Under the pieces are notes generated by a model, which did no database searches, was not told the origin of the DNA, and saw only the letters and a program-made list of their open reading frames with translations. DNA of 64,000 nt from contig OZ320313.1 in assembly GCA_976226885.1 (NCBI GenBank), positions 52,142,001-52,206,000 of the forward strand, given 5' to 3'. Source of the DNA: Iphione sp. A-MEVVRFRX5 (Eukaryota). Below, one piece after another: positions 1 to 10,672 of this stretch; the first letter of the stretch is position 1, and every line of letters begins with the position of its first letter. Both the position numbers and the translations under genes were made by a program.

Positions 1-934
1 CAATTTCTCTGGGCTTTCTTTAGGCTGTGGGACCCTGTTCATTTATTCTGGGATCTAGATTGAGGTGGGAAAAGTGCCCCTTAAAACAAAAGAAACAAAT
101 CGTCTTGACAAATTTTTTGAAACGGGAAACCATCTTTAGAATAATGAGTTTCCAGTGTCTTATGATCCTGTACAAACGAAAGTGATTTGTGTTTTGTTAT
201 GTTTCGATTGTTATTGTTTTGTATCGTTAATTGTCGGCCACACAGTTCCTGGTGGGAACTCATGCCCCGAAGAAAAAAATCCTACATCATTAAATAGACA
301 TGATGGCCCAAGCATCATGATCACTTGCTCTTTATTTGTCATGTGATTCTGCATAACAAGAAGTAGAATATGGCTGTGGAGAAATGTAAAACTATGGAGG
401 AATCAGATTTAGAATTTACATACTTGAAAGAGAAATGTAAACTTTACTTTAATTACCTCTTTAACTAGCTAGATATTTCTTAACTATTATGAGTAAAATC
501 TGTACCCTTAGAAAATCTATTTATGAACCGGCTTTCTCACCAGTATAATTCACTGGCAACATAAGTTATCGATTGCTCTCAGGTATAAACTTAAGCTTCT
601 AGAGCAGATAAACAACTTTAGGCAGTTTCCATGACTGTAATAGAGTCATGGGACACATCAGAAGACGCATAGTAGTTGCTTACCTTTGTTTAACTTTTTA
701 ACTATTATTTACAATGGCTCTTGACTGATAAAGTCGGCAGCAACAGTCGAAAAAAATCGAAATTACAGTCTCCATTTGGTTGCATAATCACTAAAAAGTT
801 CTCCGACTCATTTATTAAATTGAAAAAAAATCATCATTACGTTCTGACTCAGCCACCTTGCTCGTTCTGCTAAACTTGTAAGTAACCATCGTTTCCCATC
901 AGCACATTTCATTTTATATATGGGCCTTTTACAG

Positions 935-1082
935 GGAACCGGTGTGACGCCCGGTATGGTCCCTATGATAAAGAGACCTGCAGTGGCTGACAGTAAAAGT
1001 GGGATTCCCATGTACCAACCGAACACGGGCACTGCCGCCTACCAGCAAGCTCTGGCAGCAGTGCAGTTACAGCAGCCCTTCG
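935..1082 (+). CDS. mbl: Muscleblind-like protein, internal coding exon (KRP / SGIPxYQP / YQQAL...QLQQ region)
   Basis: Acceptor ttttacag|G at 934/935, donor TTCG|gtaagt at 1082/1083, phase 0 to 1. Translates GTGVTPGMVPMIKRPAVADSKSGIPMYQPNTGTAAYQQALAAVQLQQPF, matching the recalled Muscleblind motifs GMVP.KRPA..KSGIPVYQP..TAYQQ (insects) and KRPALEK...YQQALANMQLQQ (vertebrate MBNL). Upstream exons with the N-terminal zinc fingers are outside the window. Confidence 0.93.
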
Positions 1083-1870
1083 GTAAGTTGTCTCCGTCCA
1101 TTGGTTATCGTCCATCTCCCCTCAAGCTTGTGCGCACATATTCCCATGTTTTTCAAATCTGCATTGGTTTCCTTCTTCCGCCATCTCTTCTATGCCAAAT
1201 TATTTTACTGGGTCTCCAGTAGGAACCATTTATTACACTTTTAACATTATAAAGTCCATAAGTGCATCGAAAATGATCGATTTCTTTATTAATTCTGCCT
1301 TGCAACATTGCAGTCCTCTTATAACTATTATTTCACAGTTTTGGAATTGGGAAGATCACCGTTATGTTAATGTTGACATCTCTTTTCCCAGTTTCTGACT
1401 ATGAACTGCAATTCAGTCCGTCAAGATGATTGGTCAAGCTACATATAGATACATGTGTATATATGTATATGTACATATATATGTTTACATGTATGCTATA
1501 TAATGTAATGGAACTGCTTCATTTGAGTCAATTAAACCAAATTTACGCTGGTTAAGTTATTGGTTTGTAAACGTGAAAGGCAATCGCCAGTGCAAACTGC
1601 CCTCTACTTGCTTTCTCGACACAGTTTCCCTGCTAATTGTTGTTGCGAGTGCACATTATGTCAGCTATATAAAGGTGGTACTAAGGAGATCCCTTCTCGA
1701 CAACATCGATATAATGCAGTCTCGCTTCATGGTCACTCACTGCATATGTGTTTCTACTGCCGCTCTATCTAATGGAAAATGCTGAATGGATATTTTGATG
1801 AATACTCTTAAGAGGAACTGTTCAATGATATCCGATACCTATGCATATGTATAGAATTGCACCGGTTTTT

Positions 1871-2013
1871 TCTGACGGTCAAATGTTGATGTTTCTCTTT
1901 TCATGCCTTCTCCTGTCGCTTGTTCCTGGCGCGCACACTCTGCATGCTGTCACTCATGTGCTTTCCAACCATCCAATCGCTGGCCTTGTTTACTGTGTTG
2001 CCATGCCAACCAG
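1871..2013 (+). promoter_or_regulatory. Splicing-regulatory 3' intron end: distant branch point, AG-exclusion zone, YGCY cluster, RBFOX site
   Basis: No AG dinucleotide from 1855 to 2011. CTGAC branch-point consensus with A at 1875, 138 nt upstream of the acceptor, followed by a pyrimidine tract. YGCY at 1904, 1917, 1945, 1959, 1978, 1999, 2004; TGCATG at 1941-1946. Confidence 0.55.
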
Positions 2014-2117
2014 TGTCCCTGATTTCCAACGGCCAAGCGGCAGCCGTCAGCGCAGCCGCCGCCGGTGCCCTGGTCTCCAACGCCACTAGTGTTAATTACT
2101 TTGACGAGGCCAATCAG
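2014..2117 (+). CDS. mbl: Muscleblind-like protein, Ala-rich linker exon (probably alternative; 104 nt, phase 1 to 0)
   Basis: Acceptor ccaaccag|T, donor AATCAG|gtagcg. Joins exon 935-1082 (phase 1) to exon 4077 (phase 0) in frame: (V)SLISNGQAAAVSAAAAGALVSNATSVNYFDEANQ. The Ala-rich composition and terminal ANQ resemble the vertebrate MBNL exon ending ...ATANQ. Confidence 0.85.
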
Positions 2118-4076
2118 GTAGCGGTTTACAAATGAGCTTTGGGCATTTCCTAAGCCTGGCCCGCGACGGATCACAGCCCCTACCGATCTAAGGAGAGATT
2201 CCTTACCACACCCTTTCATGCAAAGTGCTTTCATAGGGAAATAGACCCCATGCCAAATTTCAAGAATGGAGTTTTGGTCGACGGCGATCAATTTCCAGAG
2301 AAACACGTTTTGACATTGAAGAGACCTTTGCCCCCGTTTTCAATGTTATAAGATGGCTACTAAAGATGCGCAGGCTTTCGTAGTAGTTTTGCCAATGTTT
2401 TATGCAGATGTATACGTCCCTTAATGGTGTGGCTAAAACAAGGCGATCCTGACCGAAAGGGCTTAGAAGTGGCTTTTTGTAGGCTTGCTGCTTATATGAA
2501 AGGTACTCCACGACCCCCTTTCCTGTCCTGTTCCTACCTTTAAGTCCAGACCATGTACACTTTTCACCTAGCTGTCAACTTTACCTGGAACGGAAAATTT
2601 GCGTAATGCAGCATTGCATGCAAATTTCAGTCTCTGGATTCATCTTCGTTTTAAAAGGCTCCAAATTATGCAAATGAAACCGCGTGATTTGGGAGTGTGT
2701 ATGGTATGAGGAAAAGGGCTTTGGTCCAATGGTTGAGGTTGCTCTGAGCCAAATTCCAATCCCCCATGGACAAGAGTGTTGCTATTCATACTCCAAAGAA
2801 GCTGAATATAACTGTTGTTCAAACAAGATAGAACTCGGGCTTTATTTGCTCTTGTAATCGTTGTAGGATATTCCCCTTCTGCCCTATACCCTTTGCCCTT
2901 ATCCCAACATTAAGTTTCCGCCAAGGATTGTGAAGTCGTCGGTTCGAAAGGCCGCCAGTAGACTGTTAGATCACCGCAGCTTCGTCGTACCCTAACAGCT
3001 AAGAATTGCAGCTTTTTGGCTGGCTTACATATTTGCAGCAAGCCTTCTCTTCATTTTCCTCTATATCAAGTTATAAGTAGTTTCAATGTAATGTTCAGTG
3101 ATTATCAGAACAAGAATGAATTTCGAATCTTTTCGACATTTTAACCTTGAACGACTGGAAGGAGTGGCTATACTTTAACTCCTGAAAAATTTCTATCGGT
3201 TTTTCTTTTTCAAATAGTGCATGACTTCTGAATTAACATTGACTTTCATCCTCGTAACCAAAAAGTACTTCTCTAGCGTACTCATACCAGTGAACGTATC
3301 ACTTAGACATGACAAAATTAACAAATCACAAAATCAAATTGAAGGGCTCTAATCATATACACAGAAGAGTACATGTCTGCTCCAACTGCATGCATGTGAT
3401 GCTTAAAAACTAAACTGCTTGCCAAAAATCAAACATGAAGCTTTCTTTCTATCGCACTACAAGCTACAATCAATGTCTTACACAGCCTATGCTTCAGCAC
3501 TAACATCCTAGCTCCTACTTTCGCCTTATTCCTTAGTTTCTTCACAGGACGGTTTTGTTTCAGAGGTTTATTCTAAGTTTTAAATGGTATCCTTTTTTCT
3601 ACAAGTGATTGTCCATGTTTTTCAGTAGAAAGACAATTGGGCTAACAGGGACTTCCACTTATGTGCATGGTATTTCAAGTTCATTTTCACACATACATTG
3701 TTCAGGCCTAACATTTTCGGAACACTGCGGAGAAGGAAACAGTGATCAAACATGATATTTACAGGATTCTTCACATTATTTTCAGTTTCACGTAATCGCA
3801 ATATACACCTTGATCCATATAATGCACATTTGGAAATCCTCTTGTACAAATACACGGCCAGTGACGCTAGGTTTGTTTTCTCACCCTGAAGAAATAGTAT
3901 GGTATCTGGGTTTTTCCCGTCACGTCTTAGTATGAAAAGAAACATTTCCTACATTAACGACGCAAATGCACACACTGACACACATGTTAAACAGACATAC
4001 AAGACTGGAAGCAACATACGCCAAGTTTCGCTAGCAGAGAATGACACCTAAGTTGCGGATTTGTTGACCTTTTCAG

Positions 4077-4161
4077 TTGCTGGACACCCTCCCAATTTGC
4101 CGAGATTTTAAATCTGGACAGTGCAAGCGGCCACAATGCAAATATGTTCACCTTGTAGAGG
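4077..4161 (+). CDS. mbl: Muscleblind-like protein, CCCH zinc-finger exon (C-x7-C-x4-C-x3-H); dual reading frame
   Basis: Acceptor cttttcag|T, donor GAGG|gtatgt. Frame 0 reads LLDTLPICRDFKSGQCKRPQCKYVHLVE, similar to the recalled insect Mbl second tandem finger LDTLPVCQDF..C.R..C.FVHL. The phase-1 frame reads VAGHPPNLPRF* (stop 4109-4111). Confidence 0.93.
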
Positions 4162-4937
4162 GTATGTACATGCTTCCAGCTTTCATATGCTACGCCTATT
4201 CATGTATTTTGTATTCTTTCCGAATTTCTTTCTCGATAATGGCGTCGCTGGTGTCGGAATTGATGGCGGTCACTCTCTCACTGTAACAGGCAAGTCAAAA
4301 CCTTGCCAGGTTCAAGTGTGCAGCAGTATCAGTCCTAAACGTTCCGGATAAATTCTACTGCAAGGGAAAATATAGTCGGTAAATCGGAACTGTTGATGCA
4401 CTTAAATAAATCTAGCCGATGTGTAAACATCTCCCATACCACCTCAGAAGAAAGAAGCTGCGCAAATGATTGTTGAATATGGGGTACCGCTATGGTGTTT
4501 CTGTGTGTTCCCTGGACTACGATTAAAGCGAACGTCACCGAAAATGTTGATTTAGATACCACTGCACTCTCTGCTAAACTGCTCCTCTCCGAAGCAACAG
4601 CTGCATGTGAGCTTTCTCTCACAGACAAAGGGCTAACTGTTCATACCGCTCCTGGGCGCACTCACCGTTTTTGTTTAATGTAAACATAACGACTTTATAT
4701 TAGCTATTTGTATTCATAACTTGCAGTTTCAATACCGTCTAGTTATAAATTCCTAGTTGTGCAATATCCATTTATCCTATTTTGTCTTCGAAATAGGTCA
4801 GATAAGTGGGATGATTGGTTGGTCAACAATTCTTTGTCAAATCATTCTCATATCTTCCTGTTCACCATAAATGAGAGGTTGGTCTCATTTGATTATATGG
4901 TATCTCATTTTATCCTCTGCGTTTGCGTATCTTTCAG

Positions 4938-5059
4938 ATTATGTTGAAGTAACGGATGGGAAAGTCACTGTATGTAGGGATGCTGCCAAAGGACGATGCT
5001 CTCGGCCGATGTGCAAATACTACCACATCCCTATGGTACCCCAACTCCTTGTGGGTTAA
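4938..5059 (+). CDS. mbl: Muscleblind-like protein, last coding exon with second CCCH finger and stop
   Basis: Acceptor ctttcag|AT, phase 1 matching the upstream donor. Reads (D)YVEVTDGKVTVCRDAAKGRCSRPMCKYYHIPMVPQLLVG*; V.V.DGKVTVC.D..KGRC.R..CKY.H is the MBNL finger signature. Confidence 0.92.
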
Positions 5060-6480
5060 TCAATGAACTTAAATAGTCTCCTTCTCGAAGCTTTCACCAA
5101 CCCAACCAAATAATGAGGTCAACGACACAACGTAACAAAACAGAACCAGAAATCATCGTCAAAGAAGAATAATGTATCATCACCAAGTCTTCACTTCAAG
5201 TTAGGAGACCAGCGTCTCAGCCGTTGCAATCGAATCTTATGGTGTCGTAAGAAATACGTATTTACGTTCACTTTTAGACTTTATTTCCTTTTTTTAAAGA
5301 GATGTTAAGAAAGACACATAAGTTGTTATTATTACGTTTATGACATAATGACATTATGTCTCATGTAACCATGGCAACCAGATGTACATTATATATACAC
5401 GTACAAGAAACTTGAATTTCGAAGGTCGAAGTGTACAAGTTAAGCTGACAGTGTTCAGAGATGGTTACCAAAGTCTCCAAAGTTCACTTGATATATGATA
5501 GATATTGCATATAGATTCATGTTGAGTATTTATACTCGTATGATTCTTCTCTTGATTCCTATCATGGTTGCCCTCTGATGATGCCCTAGACAACTGGTGC
5601 AACACGCAGAGTTCTGTTTTGACATTATGTTCCGTGTAACGATAGTGTTAATAGTAATGTAGGATCTACATATTACGGTACATATATAATGCCATAAATT
5701 GGTTAAGTTGTTGTTACTGTGTTGTTACTTTTAACTGCCAAAAAAGGGAACCAGAACGAGACAGGTGATTCCATAAAAGGAACTGGTGAACTACAAATCG
5801 GTCACTAGAGGTCTTAATGAACCTGCAGACCGTTCCTAGAAGTAATGTCACCAGAATGGTGGCACTGTGGTGAAAACGATAAAGTCACAATGTCGGTAGT
5901 GACGATGACGATACTTGTTGTTCTGAGCCAGGCTCAGAGTTTTTTGGTGCTTACTTTATCTGACTCCTCTAATGTTGCTAACTGGTGCAAGCATTGGAAT
6001 CGGTGCCTTGAGTGCTTATCGAGATGAGAGAGAGGGCTAGGTTGGTTAGACTGAACGCAACCCTAAGGAGAGATAATCGCATAAAAACCAAGAGAAGAAA
6101 TCGAAAATAGGAGCTCTGCCATTGACATGGCCCGAGTAACCTGCAACATAATGTGAAAACAGATCTGCACTCGAGGGATATTGTCCCTACATAAATATAT
6201 CTGGGGTGTCGCTTCCTGACCTTTTATATTTTGCATTATACGTTTGATTACCCATCCCTGTGCTTCAACTTAGTACTCCATAACAAGGCATAAATAAGCT
6301 TGCATGTATACTAATGACCTGGTTCTTGTTGTTTTCCTTTTATTCAACCAATTTCTGAAATCTTTGTCAGTTTAATGTTTAAGTTGGTAATGAAACCATG
6401 ATCACAAATGTATCAATCCCATAATGATTACAATGAGGAAATGATTATGTAACAGGTGCAATTAAATTGCATTTGTACCA
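5060..6480 (+). other. Probable 3' UTR of the muscleblind-like gene
   Basis: AT-rich, ORF-poor sequence after the stop codon. The end is inferred from the candidate poly(A) signal; there is no transcript evidence. Confidence 0.4.
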
Positions 6481-6495
6481 TTTTTATATGTGTTA
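6461..6495 (+). terminator. Candidate polyadenylation site (ATTAAA, CA, U/GU-rich downstream element)
   Basis: ATTAAA at 6461-6466, CA at 6479-6480, then tttttatatgtgtt; TGTA motifs upstream. I saw no AATAAA on the + strand between the stop codon and ~9900. Confidence 0.33.
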
Positions 6496-9400
6496 CATAT
6501 ACAGATATAAGAGAACCATTTGTCTGATGTGCCATATACTTGATTTTTAATCTTGAGGTCATTTTACTATTACAATGATTTTGTGTCTAATCTATGAGTC
6601 CAGCAATTTCCATGCTGCCTTGTTAATAGTTAAGATGGTTTTATACATATAACCATTACCAGGTGGTTTCATCTTAGATAGTTTTAGTTTTAGTTAGACA
6701 TGAATTGGTTTTTATTTCAATATAGTAGGTTGAATACTCCCTGATTTTAGAAGTTGTGTAGATACATATATAACACATACCTAGACAACACATAAGCAGG
6801 AGTTGACACTCCACGGTGAATGTAGTATACCGTAGCAAACAGATGAAATACTTGAATTGTTTTTGAGTCACAGACTACCTACATTTATTCAGTAGTTTAT
6901 ACCCACTTGTTTGATCCATAGCGTCTATTCGCCGAGTGAATTATACGGTGTGAGTCTAAGTATATTGACCGTGGCAAGTGCCAATGCATGATCTGATACA
7001 ATTCCTGCAAAAAATGCCAGCCCTGTGCATGGTTTTGGTCGAATTTAAGGCACACTCTCCTCGCTCGATATGATAACAGAAATCAGCTTCAGGCACGCCA
7101 ACGCAACTGTCACCAAATGTATTAGGTCCGAGCCCCAACAATGTGGAGAAAACTAACGAGCGCTTACTGCTCTCCGTTGAGACCTAAACGGCGCCCTCTC
7201 AACTTCTGTCTTCGTCACCAAGCGAATGGAGACTGGAGGGAATGGTGTCGCTTCAGTTGGGAATTGGTAATGGTTTGGCTAGCACATGTGTCTAAACTGG
7301 CGCCATAGGGGCGAGTGGCAGGAAACTTTCTGCCTCTATATATTGTGGTCTTTGGCGACACACACCAGTCTACATTCGTAATGTGATACTGACTTTTTCT
7401 CTCTTTACTGTATCTAAAGATAACATGTTTTATGAAATTATTCGCAAAAGACCGGTTATGAACTGGTTGACATTGGCTTTAACCGGCTTGATGCTCGCAG
7501 AGCATTGCACTCTCACGCAAAGACAAACCCTCTTCTTGACATTTCTGACACACCCTGCGCCGTGTTAAATGTGCTTATCTGACAGGTTTTATGAGGCAAT
7601 AGACTGATGTATTGGTGCAGAACAGGGCTCCCGTGCGTATTTGTTGTAGTTAAAGGTTCGCTGGTGCAAAGCTAAAAGTGTTGGTGCAAAGGCATCTCTC
7701 TGCAAAGGTTTGCCGCTGCAAAGATATGGCACTGCACAGATGTACAGGTGCGAAGTGAATTAACTTGGCTGCAAATATCCAGCGTTGGCACGATAGAGGT
7801 CCCGTATTTTCGTGGGCTCTGTCAGATAAAGGTATAGGAGGAACTAGGTAGAACGGAGAGGTGCTGATTAAAAAATGATGTGAAGAATCCTGATCGCACT
7901 GCAAAAACGGGGACCGAGGTTTTTGGTCCTGATGGATGATGGCAGAGTACAGTGTAGTCAGAGAACGACTAGCGGTTAAAGATGAAAAGCCATAGGTACT
8001 GTGGCGAAATAATACACAGTGCATTCTGGAGAACAAACCAGGTCGGTACGTTTTTGTGATGCGGCAATTAGACATATCATACTGTACCCAATACTGTTTT
8101 AATACTTAGGTGATACTGAAGAGCGAAACAAAAACACAAGATTCCATCTGATAGCGGTCCTCGAAAACCGTTTAAAATCTTTGAAACCTCCCATGGAAAC
8201 TCCTTTCATGTAGCCTAGTTAGTTATATCCAAGTATGTATGTTTGTCCTAATGATATAGTCACTTGCACCGTAATTCTAGTAAACCATGTATGTGTACGA
8301 TAATCGCCACACCGTCATGTAATTGATCATGTAAAGTGTTTTATGTACACGATAAGCTAACAGACCTCTTAATGTACAGAGGCCTGTACGAACGACTTTC
8401 ATTATAATGAATTTTAGGTAATTATCACGCATAGCATCCAAGTGAAATTCTAAATATTCTGACCATATATGATAGTTACTATTTTTGAATGTAAAAATGC
8501 AAAAAAATACTAAAAAATATATAAGAAACATGGTTACGAATTTGAAAAGCAGATAAAATTTCACAACATAATTTTGTGATATTTTATTATCAATGTTGCG
8601 TCGAATACGTAGTAGTGTAATAATGTATTGTAGTTGTTACCTAGGTTCTTTCATATCTTGTCTCGACTTCAATGGAAACTGGAAAGCCCTTCAAACTAAA
8701 GGGGTCCACTGTGTTCGTGACGGCTCCCATGCTGAACCGTCGGTTCAGTAATTTCTTATATGTATGTACAGTTCTGTCACACTGTTACCAACGTGGTCGA
8801 ACTCCAGCCATTGCTTGTTGTTACTACAGTAAAATGTAACGATGGCAACTTAGAATATTGAGAGAAGCAAGCGAAGACAAGAGGGTTTCCCCCCTTCTAT
8901 GTGTATTTGTGTTTAGAGCTGAGGTATAGGAAAGGACAGAAGGAATGAGGCATTTTCAGATAGTGTGGAGAAAGAAAAACATTGCCTAGGCAGGAGTGCA
9001 AGCCATTCAGGTCTGAGACAACTAGGGTTTTTTTGGTTTCCTTTTGTTACGACTCTGTTGATTTGCAAATCCCATGGCCACTACAACGGCAACCCTATGT
9101 CAAACATAGGCAGGTGTCGATGATTGTTGTATAATTGTTACTCGAAATATTGAGGATTTTTTCCTGCTTTTTTTCTCACTACTTTTTTTATTTTCGAAGG
9201 AGAGATGGTATTTAAGGACATCAAATGTTCTTCTTTCAAGATATTTTAAGCATTGCGAAACGAGAGTGTGGCGAGAGGAGAAAAAGGTTTTATGCTCAAC
9301 GAATGCCTATCGGAAAGATGCATCCTGCATGCAATGTACAGTTCGCTTTGTGTGGGCCTATGGCAGTGCGCCGCCCGGGGCTGACAAACGCCACACTGTC

Positions 9401-10623
9401 AAACGGCTCTAGAGCTGCTAAACTGTCAAACTGTCAAACAGTCATCAGTGCTGCATACCATGCCTGGCTGCCGTAGTGTTACTAGGCTGCACATTGTAAA
9501 GTATCTTGAAAGAGACCCCTCATCCAAACCTTTTGTTTTCCTTTATCATCGAAAAACATAAATAGTGCGAGTATAACTTAAGAGCGTGCCCCATTGGCCG
9601 TTAACATCGCTTTAACCGCATGCTTATGGAAGAAAGACCTCTCTGTATTTGCGAAAGAACACGTCTTATGGCATTAAGAACATTGATTTCAAGATACATT
9701 ATCCCTTCCTAAATCCAGCACTAGAGCCCCCCTCACTGTCATATTGAGCTTGTAATCCTAGGTAGCCAACCAATGCTTCTGCTTTTCTGCATCTCAAGGT
9801 AACCGTTAAGACGATTACGAGTTTGTTGGTTATTTTTTTTCAATACGGCTTCACTCTGTGTCTGTCTGCTTTGCTCTCCATGCTCTGAGTACGCGCGGTG
9901 AAAATAAATGCTGAATTCAGAGTATACGCATTCTTATGTGTTGTGCCTTCTTTTGCATGGGCCATGTAGTCGAAAGGCGCTTTTTGACGATAAAATCGCC
10001 GGCCTCACTTTCCCGATTAACGGGAAGCAAGCCTGTTTTTTCGCTCCTTTTTTCCTGACGTATAAAGAAACCAGCACCAAGCTTTATGTGTGCTTCTTGT
10101 CACCTGGGAAGTTGGAAGATGTTCGTACACAAAACGAAACCCTCTGCCCTTGACATCCCTATATATAATTGCCCTCCCCCATCGCCCCTTCCAATCAACC
10201 ATCTCACCCACCCACCAAACCCAACCAGCGGGAAACGTTTCATCGCCTCGTCTTTGGCCTCAGGAGTGCTGTTTTATAGACTGCGACCCGCTATAGATCG
10301 ATCAACCCTCGAACGTAACCTTTAAAAACACTGTAGACGACCTTGTTCTCACTCTACAGTAACAAGAAAACTGGAAGTTGAATCGTGCTGCAGATCCATG
10401 TGCCTGTTATTAGGGACTGTTCCTTTGTTTTGAGGACAACTAATAACCTCGCCCACCACACACACAAAAAAACAAAACAACCCCTAAATTTATACGATAA
10501 AAGATCTCCCGGGTAGGTGGTTATCATTCGCTTTTTGTTTGCCTCCACAGCCCTCGGTCGCAGCCATGTTTCAACTGTGATAACACGAACGCTGAAGTGC
10601 TCTTAACAAGCGCGCGCAGTCTC

Positions 10624-10672
10624 GGTTCAGTGAACTGGAACGGGGTCAACCAGAGGTCACGCACATAGTTCA
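10624..10672. promoter_or_regulatory. Composite nuclear-receptor response element (IR1 + ER6 + DR5 + DR7)
   Basis: Half-sites GGTTCA 10624-29, TGAACT 10631-36, GGGTCA 10643-48, AGGTCA 10654-59, AGTTCA 10667-72. GGGTCA-n5-AGGTCA matches the DR5 RARE consensus. Confidence 0.5.

Noticed and set aside
155-346. Possible small exon in the first mbl intron (cacag|TTCCTGG...)
   Set aside because: No similarity to Muscleblind, no good donor, and early stops in two frames.
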